In this document: positions 1 to 9,184 of the stretch, piece by piece
How positions within the stretch are numbered: position 1 is the stretch's first letter
Layout of the letters: the number at the start of each line of letters is the position of its first letter
Source: Bacillales bacterium
GTDB lineage: Bacteria; Bacillota_I; Bacilli_A; RFN20; JAISJY01
Reading direction: 5' to 3'
Assembly (NCBI GenBank): GCA_031261365.1
Contig: JAISJY010000022.1
Coordinates: forward strand, 1 to 16,796
Length of the DNA: 16,796 bases
Notes under the pieces: generated by a model
What the model was told of the DNA's origin: nothing
The model's input: only the letters and a program-made list of their open reading frames with translations
The model's database searches: none
Translations under genes and position numbers: made by a program

Positions 1-153
1 GTCCAGCATTTATTCTCATCATTTCATAATTAGACTTTAATTATCTCTTCATTTACAACTCTATTATTATCTTCTTAAATATTCTCATTTTCTGTTGCAT
101 TTACTTTTTCAGGTAACATAATGAAGAAATAAGTAAAAAAATTATATCATTTA

Positions 154-162
154 TGATATAAT
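154..162 (+). promoter_or_regulatory. extended -10 (TGaTATAAT) upstream of yaaA
   Basis: TGATATAAT at 154-162, only 9 nt before the yaaA ATG. No SD is present, so this implies a leaderless or very short-leader transcript, or readthrough from an upstream gene. Confidence 0.25.
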
Positions 163-171
163 ATTATCTGT

Positions 172-378
172 ATGATAGGAATAGAAATAACAACAGAATA
201 TATTACTTTAGGGCAATTTCTTAAATATGCTGAAATAGTAGAAAGTGGAACTGCCGCGAAGTTTTTTTTATTAAATAATTTTGTTTTAATAAATAAGGAA
301 AAAGAACAAAGAAGAGGTCGTAAATTATATAAAGGCTATCTCATAAATGTTAAGAATAAGGAATATATTATTAAATGA
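172..378 (+). CDS. yaaA: S4-domain RNA-binding protein (YaaA/RlbA-like)
   Basis: 68 aa. Motif TLGQFLK...RRGRKL resembles the small YaaA protein of Firmicutes. It lies directly upstream of recF-gyrB-gyrA, which is the canonical dnaA-dnaN-yaaA-recF-gyrB order. Its stop overlaps the recF start (ATGA). Confidence 0.85.
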   Translation: MIGIEITTEYITLGQFLKYAEIVESGTAAKFFLLNNFVLINKEKEQRRGRKLYKGYLINVKNKEYIIK

Positions 379-1415
379 TAATATCAAGCATTAAACTTAT
401 AAACTTTAGAAATTATATCAATGAAGAAATAAGTTTATTACCCGGTATCAATTATATATACGGTGAAAATGGACAAGGAAAATCAAATCTTTTAGAAGGT
501 ATTAATTATTTAAGTTGTTTACACTCTTTTAGAATTAGAGATGATGATAAATTAATAAGAGATGGAGAAGATAATTTTTTAATTGACTGTCAAATTCAAA
601 ACTCTATAAAAAACAATTTAAGAGTTGAATATAATGAAAACAAAAAAAGATTTTACTTAAATAATAAAATACTTTATCAAAATATCCTGCATAAAAACCC
701 TTTTAAAACGATGATTTTTTATCCTAACCAAGTTACTCTATGGTCAGGAATTGCAAGTGAAAGAAGAGGGTTCTTTGATGAAGAAATAAGTAAAATAAGT
801 CCAATGTATTCTTATCATTTAAAAACTTATAACAATTTATTAAAACAAAGAAACAATATTTTAAAAGATAACTTTAATGAAAATCTCTTTGAAGTTCTCT
901 CTTATCAAATGGGATTATCAAGTGATTACTTAATTAAAAAAAGAATAGAATATTTAAAAAAAATAAACTTCTATTTACCGACAATATTTCAAAGTTTATT
1001 AGATAAAAATAAAACAATAAAAATTGAATATAATTCTTTTCTAAGTAAAGATAAGTCAGAGGAACACTTCTTAATAAATAAAGAAAAAGAAATAATACTG
1101 AAACATACTTATGAAGGACCACATAATGATGACTTTATCTGTTTATATCAAAATAAAAACATTAAAGAATATGGTTCACAAGGCGAGAATAGATTAGCTG
1201 TTATAGCCTTAAAGTTAACAGCTATTAAAGTTTTAAAAGAAGAAACAAATGAAGAGCCTGTTATATTATTAGATGATGTTTTATCAGAGTTAGATGTTGA
1301 TAAAAAAGATAAATTAATTGATTACTTAAAAAAAGAAAATCAAATAATAATAACAAGCACGAACAAACCAGAAAATGAAAATGGTATACAAATTAAGAAA
1401 GGAAAGGTAATTTAA
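375..1415 (+). CDS. recF: DNA replication/repair protein RecF
   Basis: 346 aa. N-terminal IKLINFRNY and Walker A-like GENGQGKSNLLE. C-terminal ILLDDVLSELD signature of RecF/SMC-like ATPases. Synteny with gyrB. Confidence 0.9.
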   Translation: MIISSIKLINFRNYINEEISLLPGINYIYGENGQGKSNLLEGINYLSCLHSFRIRDDDKLIRDGEDNFLIDCQIQNSIKNNLRVEYNENKKRFYLNNKILYQNILHKNPFKTMIFYPNQVTLWSGIASERRGFFDEEISKISPMYSYHLKTYNNLLKQRNNILKDNFNENLFEVLSYQMGLSSDYLIKKRIEYLKKINFYLPTIFQSLLDKNKTIKIEYNSFLSKDKSEEHFLINKEKEIILKHTYEGPHNDDFICLYQNKNIKEYGSQGENRLAVIALKLTAIKVLKEETNEEPVILLDDVLSELDVDKKDKLIDYLKKENQIIITSTNKPENENGIQIKKGKVI

Positions 1416-3626
1416 ATGAGCGAAGAAGAAAAGAAAACTATTAACCCCTATGATGTTGAGCAAATTGAAGTCTTAGAAGGATTAGAACATGTTAGATTAA
1501 GACCAGGAATGTATATTGGTTCAACAGGAGAACAAGGATTACACCATATTGTTTGGGAAATCATTGATAATGGAGTTGATGAAGCTTTGGCAGGTTATTG
1601 TGATAAAATAGATGTTACAATTAGCAAAGATTCAGAAATTATTGTTTTTGATAATGGAAGAGGAATACCAACAGGCATACATCCTAAAACAGGAGTTTCA
1701 ACCTTACAAACAGTTTTTGCTGAAACAAATGCGGGAGGTAAGTTTGGTGGCAGTGGTTATAAAGCTTCAGGAGGATTACATGGAGTTGGTGCTTCAGCAA
1801 CTAATGCTCTTTCTAAATACTTTGAAGCTTGGGTCCATAGAGATGGAGAAATAACATATATTCGTTTTGAAAATGGTAAAAAAGAACCTGTTATTAAACC
1901 TCATGTTATTGGAAAAACAACTCAAACAGGAACAGTTGTTAAGTTTTATCCTGATGAAACTATATTTGTTGGCTTTAAACCAGAAATATTTGCTCATCCT
2001 CAAACAGCAGTTATTGAAGTAAAAGAGGAAGAAGGTAATAATCTCACTCCTTCATTTACTTTTAAATATGAATTAATTAATCAAAGAATTAAACAATTAG
2101 CCTTTTTAAATAAAGGTGTTACATTTACTTTTAAAGATGAAAGATTAAATGAAAATGGTGAAAAAGTTAATCCTGATGTAGTTTATAAATACGATGGAGG
2201 ATTAAGACAATATGTTGAATATTTAAATGAAGAAAAAGGTCTTAAAGGTAAAGATAGTAAAGGAAAAGAAATATATACTTCAGTCGTTTATATTAATGAA
2301 AAAAGTGAACATACAGTTGTTAATAATGGTAAAGAAGAGAAATACGATATAGCTTTAGAATTGGCAATGCAATATAATGATGGCTATACTACAAGTTTAT
2401 ATTCTTTTTGTAATAATATAAATACTCCAGATGGTGGTACACATGTTGATGGATTTAAAGCTGCCTTAGCTAGAATTATGAATAGTTTAAGAGTAGAAAA
2501 CGAAGAAATAGGTAAGAAAATTGATAAGATAGTAAATCAATATGTTCATGATGAAGACAAAGAAAAAGAAAAGAAATTAAAAGAAGAAAGTAAAAAAATA
2601 AAACAAGAAGATGTTTTAGAAGGTTTAGCAGCGGTTATTTCTATTAGACATCCTAATCCTGAATATCAAGGACAAACTAAAGGAAGATTAGGTAATCCAG
2701 AAGTTAGAACAGCGATTAGTCAAATAGTTCAAGCCCAATTAGAAAGATATATTTTAGAAAATCCTGATGAAGTTGCTATTATTGTAGAGAAAATTATTAA
2801 TGCTTTTAAAGGAAGATTAGCAGCTAAAGCGGCTCGAGAAACAACTAGAGTTGGAGCTTTAGATACTTTCTCTTCATTACCTGGCAAACTTGCTGACTGT
2901 TCAAGTAAAGAAGCAGATAGATGTGAAATATATATCGTGGAAGGAGATTCAGCTGGTGGTTCAGCTATTGATGGTAGAAATAGAAACTTCCAAGCAGTCT
3001 TGCCTTTAAGAGGTAAAATATTAAATGTTGAAAAAGCAAGTAAAGAACAAATATTTAATAATGCTGAAATTGCTAGTATGATTAAAGCTTTTGGAGTTGG
3101 TTATTTAAAACAAAAAGATAAAGATGAAGATGGCAATGAAATAGAAGTAGAAACTCAAGAATTAGATTTAAAGAACTTAAGATATAATAAAATTATTATT
3201 ATGACTGATGCTGATGTTGATGGTTCACATATTAGAATATTAATGTTAACATTCTTCTTTAGATATTTAAAAGATTTAATCACAACAGGGCATATTTTTA
3301 TTGCTCAACCACCTTTATATCAAGTTAAGTACTCTGAAAAAGACATAACATATGTCTATTCAGACCAACAATTAGATGATTTAAGAGCTTTAAAAGGTAA
3401 AGAAAAAGATTTACAAAGATACAAAGGATTAGGAGAAATGGATGCTATTCAACTTTGGGATACTACTATGGATCCAAAACAAAGAGTAATGAAAAAAGTA
3501 GAATTAACAGATGCTATTGAAGCAGATAAATGGTTTTCTTTTTTGATGGGAAATGATAGTTCCCACCGCAAAGACTTTATTAGTGAAGAAGCCAAGTTTG
3601 TAGATAGCAAAAATATAGATTTCTAA
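1416..3626 (+). CDS. gyrB: DNA gyrase subunit B
   Basis: 736 aa. GHKL ATPase motifs (HHIVWEIIDNGVDEA, GLHGVGAS). Toprim motifs (EGDSAGGSA, PLRGKILNVEKA). C-terminal QRYKGLGEM. ATG immediately follows the recF stop. Contains lineage-specific insertions. Confidence 0.97.
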   Translation: MSEEEKKTINPYDVEQIEVLEGLEHVRLRPGMYIGSTGEQGLHHIVWEIIDNGVDEALAGYCDKIDVTISKDSEIIVFDNGRGIPTGIHPKTGVSTLQTVFAETNAGGKFGGSGYKASGGLHGVGASATNALSKYFEAWVHRDGEITYIRFENGKKEPVIKPHVIGKTTQTGTVVKFYPDETIFVGFKPEIFAHPQTAVIEVKEEEGNNLTPSFTFKYELINQRIKQLAFLNKGVTFTFKDERLNENGEKVNPDVVYKYDGGLRQYVEYLNEEKGLKGKDSKGKEIYTSVVYINEKSEHTVVNNGKEEKYDIALELAMQYNDGYTTSLYSFCNNINTPDGGTHVDGFKAALARIMNSLRVENEEIGKKIDKIVNQYVHDEDKEKEKKLKEESKKIKQEDVLEGLAAVISIRHPNPEYQGQTKGRLGNPEVRTAISQIVQAQLERYILENPDEVAIIVEKIINAFKGRLAAKAARETTRVGALDTFSSLPGKLADCSSKEADRCEIYIVEGDSAGGSAIDGRNRNFQAVLPLRGKILNVEKASKEQIFNNAEIASMIKAFGVGYLKQKDKDEDGNEIEVETQELDLKNLRYNKIIIMTDADVDGSHIRILMLTFFFRYLKDLITTGHIFIAQPPLYQVKYSEKDITYVYSDQQLDDLRALKGKEKDLQRYKGLGEMDAIQLWDTTMDPKQRVMKKVELTDAIEADKWFSFLMGNDSSHRKDFISEEAKFVDSKNIDF

Positions 3627-3635
3627 GGAGGAACC

Positions 3636-6128
3636 ATGAGTACATATAAAAAAGATGAAGGATTTGAAAGAGACTTTGTGCATAATGAAGAAATTGTAGA
3701 TGTTAATGGAGAATTAAAAAAAGACTTTTTAGAATATGCCATGTCAGTAATTGTAGCGAGAGCAATTCCTGATGTTAGAGATGGCTTAAAACCTGTTCAT
3801 AGAAGAATAATATATTCAATGAATGAAGAAGGATTTACAGCAGGTAGAAGTTATAATAAATCAGCCAAAGTAGTAGGAGCAGTTATGGGTAATTATCATC
3901 CCCACGGAGATAGTTCTATTTATGAAGCAATGGTTAGATTAGCTCAACCATTTAACACTAGATATCAATTAGTAGATGGGCATGGTAATTTTGGTAATAT
4001 TGATGGTTATGGAGCAGCTGCTCAAAGATATACAGAAGCTAGATTAGCAAGATTATCAAGTGAATTAATTAAAGATATTGATAAAAGCACTGTTGATTTT
4101 ATAGATACATATGACGGTAAAGGGAAAGAACCTGTTGTTTTACCAGCTTATTTTCCTAATCTATTAGTTAATGGAACTACAGGTATCGCGGTTGGTATGG
4201 CAACCAATATGCCTCCTCATAATTTAGGCGAAATAATTGATTGTATTTTTGCAATTATGGAAAATCCAGACATAGAAGTAATTGACTTAATGAATAGTTA
4301 TATTAAAGGTCCAGACTTTCCAACAGGGGCAATTATCATGGGTAAATCTGGTATTAGAAAAGCTTATGAAACAGGTAGAGGTAGTTTTGTTATTAGAAGT
4401 AAATTACACACTGAAGATATGGGGAATGGTAAAACTAGAATAATTGTCAGTGAGATACCTTATCAAACTAATAAGAAAACTTTAATAGAAAAGATAGCGA
4501 ATTTAGTAAAAACAAAAGTTGTTGAAGGTATTGTGGAATTAAGAGATGAATCTAATTTAGAAGGTATTAGAATAATAATTGAATTAAAGAAAGATACTTT
4601 AGTTGATGTTTTAATTAATACTCTTTATAGATTAACACCTTTGCAACAGTCTTATTCTGTAAATAATTTAGTTTTAGATAAAAATGAACCAAAAACTTTA
4701 GGAATAATAGATATAATTAAGAAATATTTAGAACACCAAAATGATGTTTTAGTTAGAAAAACTCAATTCCAATTAGATGAAGCAAATAAGAGAATGCACA
4801 TCTTGAGAGGTTTTATTAAAGTCTTAGGTGATATTGATGAAGCGATTAAAATAATTAGAACAAGTAAAACTGTTGAAGAAGAGTTTGAAAGATTTACTAA
4901 GCGTTTTGGTTTAGACGATGTTCAAATTAAAGCGGTGATTAATATGAGATTACAAGCTTTATCTAATATGGAAATAACTAAACTTGAAGAAGAATACAAA
5001 GCTTTACAATTAAGTATTGATGAATTGATGTTAATTTTAAACTCTCAAGATAAGAGATGGGCAATAATTAGAGCAAGTCTAGAAGAAATAAAAGGAAAAT
5101 ATGCCGATGAAAGAAGAACAGAAATCTCTTTAGACGAGTTTGATGTTGAAGACGAAGACTTAATACCTCAAGAAGATATATTAATCACTTTAACTAATAA
5201 AGGTTATATTAAAAGATTAAGTTTAGATACTTATAAAACCCAAAACAGAGGTGGTAAAGGTATTAAAGGTATGAATACTTATGAAGATGATGTAGTAGAA
5301 AAGTTATTAGTTGCCAACACTCATACAGATATTTTATTCTTTATGACTAATGGTAAAGTATATAAAGTAAGAGGCTTTAGAATACCTGAAGGTTCTAGAA
5401 CTAGTAAAGGAATACCAGCTGTTGTTAACTTATTAAAAGCTCCAAAAGAAGAGAAAATACAGTCAATAATTTGTATTAAAGATTATGATGATGAAAACTT
5501 CCATTTATTATTTTCAACTAAAAAAGGTATTTTAAAAAGAACCTCATTAGATGAATATAAAAACATTCATAAAAACGGTAAAATTGCTATTAATTTAAGA
5601 GATGATGATGAACTAGTAGGTGTAGCCCAAACTAGTGGAAATGCTGAAGTATATTTAGCTAATTCTAATGGTAAATTAGCTAGATTATCAGAGGAAGATA
5701 TTAGAGCCGTTGGTAGAAACTCTATTGGTGTTAAAGGTATGAATGTTGATGAAGGGCAAGTTATTTCAATGTCAACAAGCAATGAAGGAGATAAGATATT
5801 AGTTATTTCTAATAATGGTATTGGTAAAATGACACCAACAATTGATTATAGAGCCACAAATAGAGGAGCAAAAGGTGTTATTACCATTAAGATAAATGAA
5901 AAAACAGGACCATTAGCTTTAATGAAAGCTGTTAAAGGTGATGAAGATATTTTGATTATTACCAACAAAGGTATAATTATTAGAACTCCTTTAACTCAAA
6001 TAAGAGAGGCTAGTAGAAATACTTCTGGAGTTAAAATAATAAGATTAGAAGAAGACCAACATATTGCTTCAATTGCCGTTGTTGAACATATTGAAGAAGA
6101 GATTATTGAAGAGGAAGTAGAGGATTAA
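3636..6128 (+). CDS. gyrA: DNA gyrase subunit A
   Basis: 830 aa. Strong RBS AAGGAGG 6 nt upstream. Catalytic-Tyr motif AAQRYTEARL. Quinolone resistance-determining-like region HPHGDSSIYEAMVRLAQ. Acidic C-terminal tail EEEIIEEEVED typical of GyrA. Confidence 0.97.
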   Translation: MSTYKKDEGFERDFVHNEEIVDVNGELKKDFLEYAMSVIVARAIPDVRDGLKPVHRRIIYSMNEEGFTAGRSYNKSAKVVGAVMGNYHPHGDSSIYEAMVRLAQPFNTRYQLVDGHGNFGNIDGYGAAAQRYTEARLARLSSELIKDIDKSTVDFIDTYDGKGKEPVVLPAYFPNLLVNGTTGIAVGMATNMPPHNLGEIIDCIFAIMENPDIEVIDLMNSYIKGPDFPTGAIIMGKSGIRKAYETGRGSFVIRSKLHTEDMGNGKTRIIVSEIPYQTNKKTLIEKIANLVKTKVVEGIVELRDESNLEGIRIIIELKKDTLVDVLINTLYRLTPLQQSYSVNNLVLDKNEPKTLGIIDIIKKYLEHQNDVLVRKTQFQLDEANKRMHILRGFIKVLGDIDEAIKIIRTSKTVEEEFERFTKRFGLDDVQIKAVINMRLQALSNMEITKLEEEYKALQLSIDELMLILNSQDKRWAIIRASLEEIKGKYADERRTEISLDEFDVEDEDLIPQEDILITLTNKGYIKRLSLDTYKTQNRGGKGIKGMNTYEDDVVEKLLVANTHTDILFFMTNGKVYKVRGFRIPEGSRTSKGIPAVVNLLKAPKEEKIQSIICIKDYDDENFHLLFSTKKGILKRTSLDEYKNIHKNGKIAINLRDDDELVGVAQTSGNAEVYLANSNGKLARLSEEDIRAVGRNSIGVKGMNVDEGQVISMSTSNEGDKILVISNNGIGKMTPTIDYRATNRGAKGVITIKINEKTGPLALMKAVKGDEDILIITNKGIIIRTPLTQIREASRNTSGVKIIRLEEDQHIASIAVVEHIEEEIIEEEVED

Positions 6129-6663
6129 GTAAATAATAGAACTTTTCAGCAAAGGTTTTGTTTAATTGAGAACTTTGAAATGTTCCATCAGTAAAAAAGG
6201 TAAAACCTGCTTTTTCTATAACTCTTTTAGATTTATTGTTACCAATAAAATGACCACAATATAATATTTGAAGTTGGGTATTTTCAAAAAGATAATTAAT
6301 AACAGTTTTTATGGCTTCACTCATTAAGCCTTTTCCCCAATAATCTTTACTTAAAACATAACCTATTTCACTAGCTAAATAACTTTTAAACTCTGGTTTT
6401 ATTTCTTGAGTATCTTTGATGCCAATGGAACCAATAACTTTTTTATTTTCTTTATAAACAATTGCAAAAGTTGTATCTTGTTTAAGAAAGATATTTAAAA
6501 TCCTTTGACTTTCATTAATATCTTTATGATGTAACCAACCTGCTGCCTCCCCTACTCCTTCAACTTGACAGTACTCATAAAAATCATTAAGGTCATCTTC
6601 TTGATAAGCTCTTAATATTAGTCTTTCAGTTTCTATTATTATCTTATTAACTTTAAAGTCCAT
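6103..6663 (-). CDS. GNAT family N-acetyltransferase (RimJ/RimL-like)
   Basis: 186 aa. N-terminal ETERLILRAY..DDL and central GWLHHKD/acetyl-CoA fold pattern typical of RimL-type GNATs. Starts 1 nt after the upstream flavoprotein stop, so probably an operon. 3' end overlaps gyrA convergently by 26 nt. Confidence 0.8.
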   Translation of the reverse strand: MDFKVNKIIIETERLILRAYQEDDLNDFYEYCQVEGVGEAAGWLHHKDINESQRILNIFLKQDTTFAIVYKENKKVIGSIGIKDTQEIKPEFKSYLASEIGYVLSKDYWGKGLMSEAIKTVINYLFENTQLQILYCGHFIGNNKSKRVIEKAGFTFFTDGTFQSSQLNKTFAEKFYYLLNPLLPLQ

Positions 6664-6664
6664 A

Positions 6665-7279
6665 TTATTTAATAAAGTTAGTATGAACTAAAGGAAGTTC
6701 TTCTGGTAAAGGTAAATCAGCTTTCTTTTGACATTTAATTAAATAAGCCATATTGTTTGCTAAAACTTTTAAAGTTCTAATACCTTCTAAATCTTCTTGA
6801 ACCTCTTGAGGATTATTACCGTGTATTTGGTTCCAATAAGAAGAACTGACAAGAGGCATTTCGGAAATTGTAAAATATTTATTAAGTTGGTCAAAAGTAG
6901 CAGTTGCACCTCCTCGACGGCAACTCACTATACTTGCTCCGAATTTCATTTTTAGTTTTCTTCTATCAATACTATAAAATAATCTATCTAGAAAGGAGAT
7001 AATAGAACCTGAAGCACTAGAAAAATAGACAGGTGAACCAATAATTAAACCTTCAGCATTTTCTAAATCTTGAGCCACTACATTAACTAAATCATTAAAG
7101 ATACACCTTTTAATTTCTTTACATTTTCCACAACCAATACAACCTTGAATGGCTTGATTTCCTAAGTTATAAATTGTTGCTTCAATATCATTTTTCTTTA
7201 ATTGTTCTTTAATAATATTAAGTCCTGTATAAGTACAACCATTAACTCTCGGACTACCATTGATTAAAATTACTCTCAT
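6665..7279 (-). CDS. flavodoxin-like NAD(P)H-dependent FMN reductase / iron-sulfur flavoprotein
   Basis: 204 aa. N-terminal MRVILINGSPR (flavodoxin-like FMN-binding start). Compact Cys cluster CIGCGKCKEIKRC (CxxCxxCx5C), as in Isf-type iron-sulfur flavoproteins. RBS AAAGGAAG upstream. Confidence 0.7.
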   Translation of the reverse strand: MRVILINGSPRVNGCTYTGLNIIKEQLKKNDIEATIYNLGNQAIQGCIGCGKCKEIKRCIFNDLVNVVAQDLENAEGLIIGSPVYFSSASGSIISFLDRLFYSIDRRKLKMKFGASIVSCRRGGATATFDQLNKYFTISEMPLVSSSYWNQIHGNNPQEVQEDLEGIRTLKVLANNMAYLIKCQKKADLPLPEELPLVHTNFIK

Positions 7280-7302
7280 TTTTTACTTCCTTTAATAAAT
7301 AA

Positions 7303-7326
7303 ATTATAACAAAAAAAGGGAACTAA
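7303..7326. repeat. left copy of ~24-nt direct repeat (attataaCaaaaaaagggaactaa) carrying a T-tract plus -10 TATAAT on the minus strand
   Basis: Near-identical (one indel/mismatch) to 9605..9628. Both copies sit 3' of a minus-strand gene and 5' of the next minus-strand gene. On the minus strand they read ttagttccctttttt(g)ttataat. Confidence 0.5.
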
Positions 7327-7389
7327 TTCTTTTCTTTATTATTTAAAAAAGCTAATGTAATAAGAAAAATAGTTTAACCTATCAAAAAA

Positions 7390-8379
7390 CTATGAAGACA
7401 AAGATGGATTTTTACGAACGGCTTGAACAACATTAAATGACATAATATCATAAATATTTTTTGCAATTCTCTCAAGTACTGTTACGCAAACAGAGTTTCC
7501 TGCTTGTTTATATAATTGAGCAGTGGAAATATTAGGTAATATAAAATCTTTTGGAAAACCTTGCAAATTAAAACATTCCTTTGGTGTGAGTTTTCTAACT
7601 CCGAATTGCGTTTTTATTAAAGGTACATTGTGTCCGCCTGTTCCCATATTCGCTGTAAGTGTCGGTGACATATTACTTTTATTTTGTCTAACATATTGCC
7701 TACGCCATTGATATAAAGTATTTGTATCGTTAAATTTATTCATTTCTTTAATAATACGCGGAAATTTACTTTCAGGATAGTAAAATTTTTCGTCAACTTT
7801 ATTTTCAAAATCAATAACATCACTTAACTTCTTTGTTAATCGTATAGGTTGTGGAAAATAAAATCTATTTGCTTTTTCTTCATCAAGGAAACCGACAATA
7901 TATATTCTTTCGCGGTTTTGTGGGATATTGCCGTATTCACAAGCATTTAAAACCATATAGCGAGTATAATATCCAAGTTCCTTTAAGGTATTTAATATAA
8001 CTTCAAATGTTTTACCATTATCGTGAGATACAAGATTTTTTACATTTTCAAGAAGTATAACTTGTGGTTGTTTTGCCTTTAATATTCTTGCCACTTCAAA
8101 GAACAAAGTTCCACGAATATCGTCAAAACCCTTTTGATAACCAGCAATAGAAAATGCTTGACAAGGGAAACCACCAATAAGACAATCAAAATCTGGTAAT
8201 TCCGTTTCTGTAATTTTTTTTATATCTCCGCATAATACTTTAGTAGTAGGAAAATTCATTTGATAAGTTTGACAAGCGAAACTATCAATATCATTAGCCA
8301 AGATTATTTTGAACCCTACATTTTCAAAAGCAAGATCAATGCCACCTACTCCACTAAATAAACTTAAAATTTCATTCAT
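7390..8379 (-). CDS. DNA (cytosine-5)-methyltransferase
   Basis: Motif I LFSGVGG. Motif IV GGFPCQAFS (catalytic PCQ). Motif VI LLENVKNL. Motif IX/X region RKLTPKECFNLQGFP and GNSV. Start moved to the ATG at 8379, preceded by AAAGGAG. The ORF-track start at 8406 is a TTG with no SD. 329 aa, small monospecific Dcm/M.HaeIII-like architecture. Confidence 0.93.
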   Translation of the reverse strand: MNEILSLFSGVGGIDLAFENVGFKIILANDIDSFACQTYQMNFPTTKVLCGDIKKITETELPDFDCLIGGFPCQAFSIAGYQKGFDDIRGTLFFEVARILKAKQPQVILLENVKNLVSHDNGKTFEVILNTLKELGYYTRYMVLNACEYGNIPQNRERIYIVGFLDEEKANRFYFPQPIRLTKKLSDVIDFENKVDEKFYYPESKFPRIIKEMNKFNDTNTLYQWRRQYVRQNKSNMSPTLTANMGTGGHNVPLIKTQFGVRKLTPKECFNLQGFPKDFILPNISTAQLYKQAGNSVCVTVLERIAKNIYDIMSFNVVQAVRKNPSLSS

Positions 8380-8390
8380 ACTTTCTCCTT

Positions 8391-8406
8391 TTGCGGCATG
8401 CTGCAA
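8391..8406. promoter_or_regulatory. GC-rich near-palindrome TTGCGGCATGCTGCAA just upstream of the MTase RBS (possible operator)
   Basis: 16-bp inverted repeat with one imperfect position. About 60% GC in a ~28% GC genome. Lies ~12 nt upstream of the MTase start codon (8379), adjoining its SD. Confidence 0.3.
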
Positions 8407-8453
8407 TTTATATATTATTATTATAATCTATATATTCTTTTTTGTAAACATTT

Positions 8454-9116
8454 TTATTTGATTTTTTTTATAAAATTTTCCATCTCATTAAGCATTTCTT
8501 GCTCTTTATTTGGTATCTTTTCAATAATTGATTTGTGCATAAAATACTCTTGCCCGTTATTACTCTCTCTATCTAAATATTGAAAATACATAATATATGT
8601 TTTATTGCTTTCCAATTTAAAATTATTTATTCTAGCTTCACCATTTGTTGTGATGGTTATTGAACTTGCACTATTTTTGATAAATTGTAATTTTTCAATG
8701 TTCTCAATATCTAAATCAAGTATTATTTTATGATTATTGTTTTTGTCTAAAATATTTTCAACAGCAAACAAGCCGTTTTCTTTTATAGTTGTATATTTAT
8801 TAAATGGGACAGTTAATGGTATAACTTGTGAGTTTCTTGTTTCTCTAATATCTTTTAAATACATTGGACCGACAGTTGCTGGGCATAAGTTTGAGTAAGC
8901 CATAAAATCATTTGCACTTACAATAGTTATTAAACTTAAATATCCTAAATCATCTGTTGGCTGTTTGATTTCCCTTATAAGTGTAACTAAATTTTGTGTA
9001 TTTGAAACGATAAATGAATTATCATCCATGCTCATTTTTTTATAAATGTCGTTACTCAAAAGTGCCTTTTCAAAAAACGGTAATAGATAATCAGTATTTA
9101 AGTTTGTTTCTACCAT
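8454..9116 (-). CDS. hypothetical protein (candidate C-terminal part of a frameshifted restriction endonuclease/defence gene)
   Basis: 220-aa ORF directly upstream of and co-oriented with the C5-MTase. No recognisable motif. No convincing SD before the ATG at 9116. The reading frame stays open a further 37 codons upstream (to 9227) and overlaps the open frame of the preceding ORF. Confidence 0.5.
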   Translation of the reverse strand: MVETNLNTDYLLPFFEKALLSNDIYKKMSMDDNSFIVSNTQNLVTLIREIKQPTDDLGYLSLITIVSANDFMAYSNLCPATVGPMYLKDIRETRNSQVIPLTVPFNKYTTIKENGLFAVENILDKNNNHKIILDLDIENIEKLQFIKNSASSITITTNGEARINNFKLESNKTYIMYFQYLDRESNNGQEYFMHKSIIEKIPNKEQEMLNEMENFIKKIK

Positions 9117-9184
9117 AACTAAAAATTTATTCTCATATCCTTGATTTCTTAAACTAACTAAATATTGTTGTTCCTTAAATGATT

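Noticed and set aside
1-171. Possible 3' end of dnaN at the window start
   Set aside because: All three + frames hit stops within the first 40 nt, so no supportable coding sequence is visible. The region is treated as an intergenic/promoter region.
934-2003. Small ORFs 934..1122(-), 1612..1854(+) and 1794..2003(-). Others of the same kind elsewhere in the window: 5567..5782(-), 7523..7711(+), 8398..8583(+)
   Set aside because: All are embedded in or antisense to strongly supported genes (recF, gyrB, gyrA, MTase) with biased, repetitive translations. None has independent support.
8380-8406. ORF-track N-terminal extensions starting at GTG/TTG. Besides the MTase at 8406, these are the 132-aa ORF at 9583, nfeD at 11682, the M18 peptidase at 11657 and queT at 13572
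   Set aside because: In each case a downstream ATG is preceded by a well-spaced AGGAG-type SD. In most cases (MTase, 132-aa ORF, nfeD) the upstream GTG/TTG overlaps or abuts that SD. For the M18 peptidase and queT the extension is translated promoter or riboswitch sequence. Starts were moved to the ATGs.
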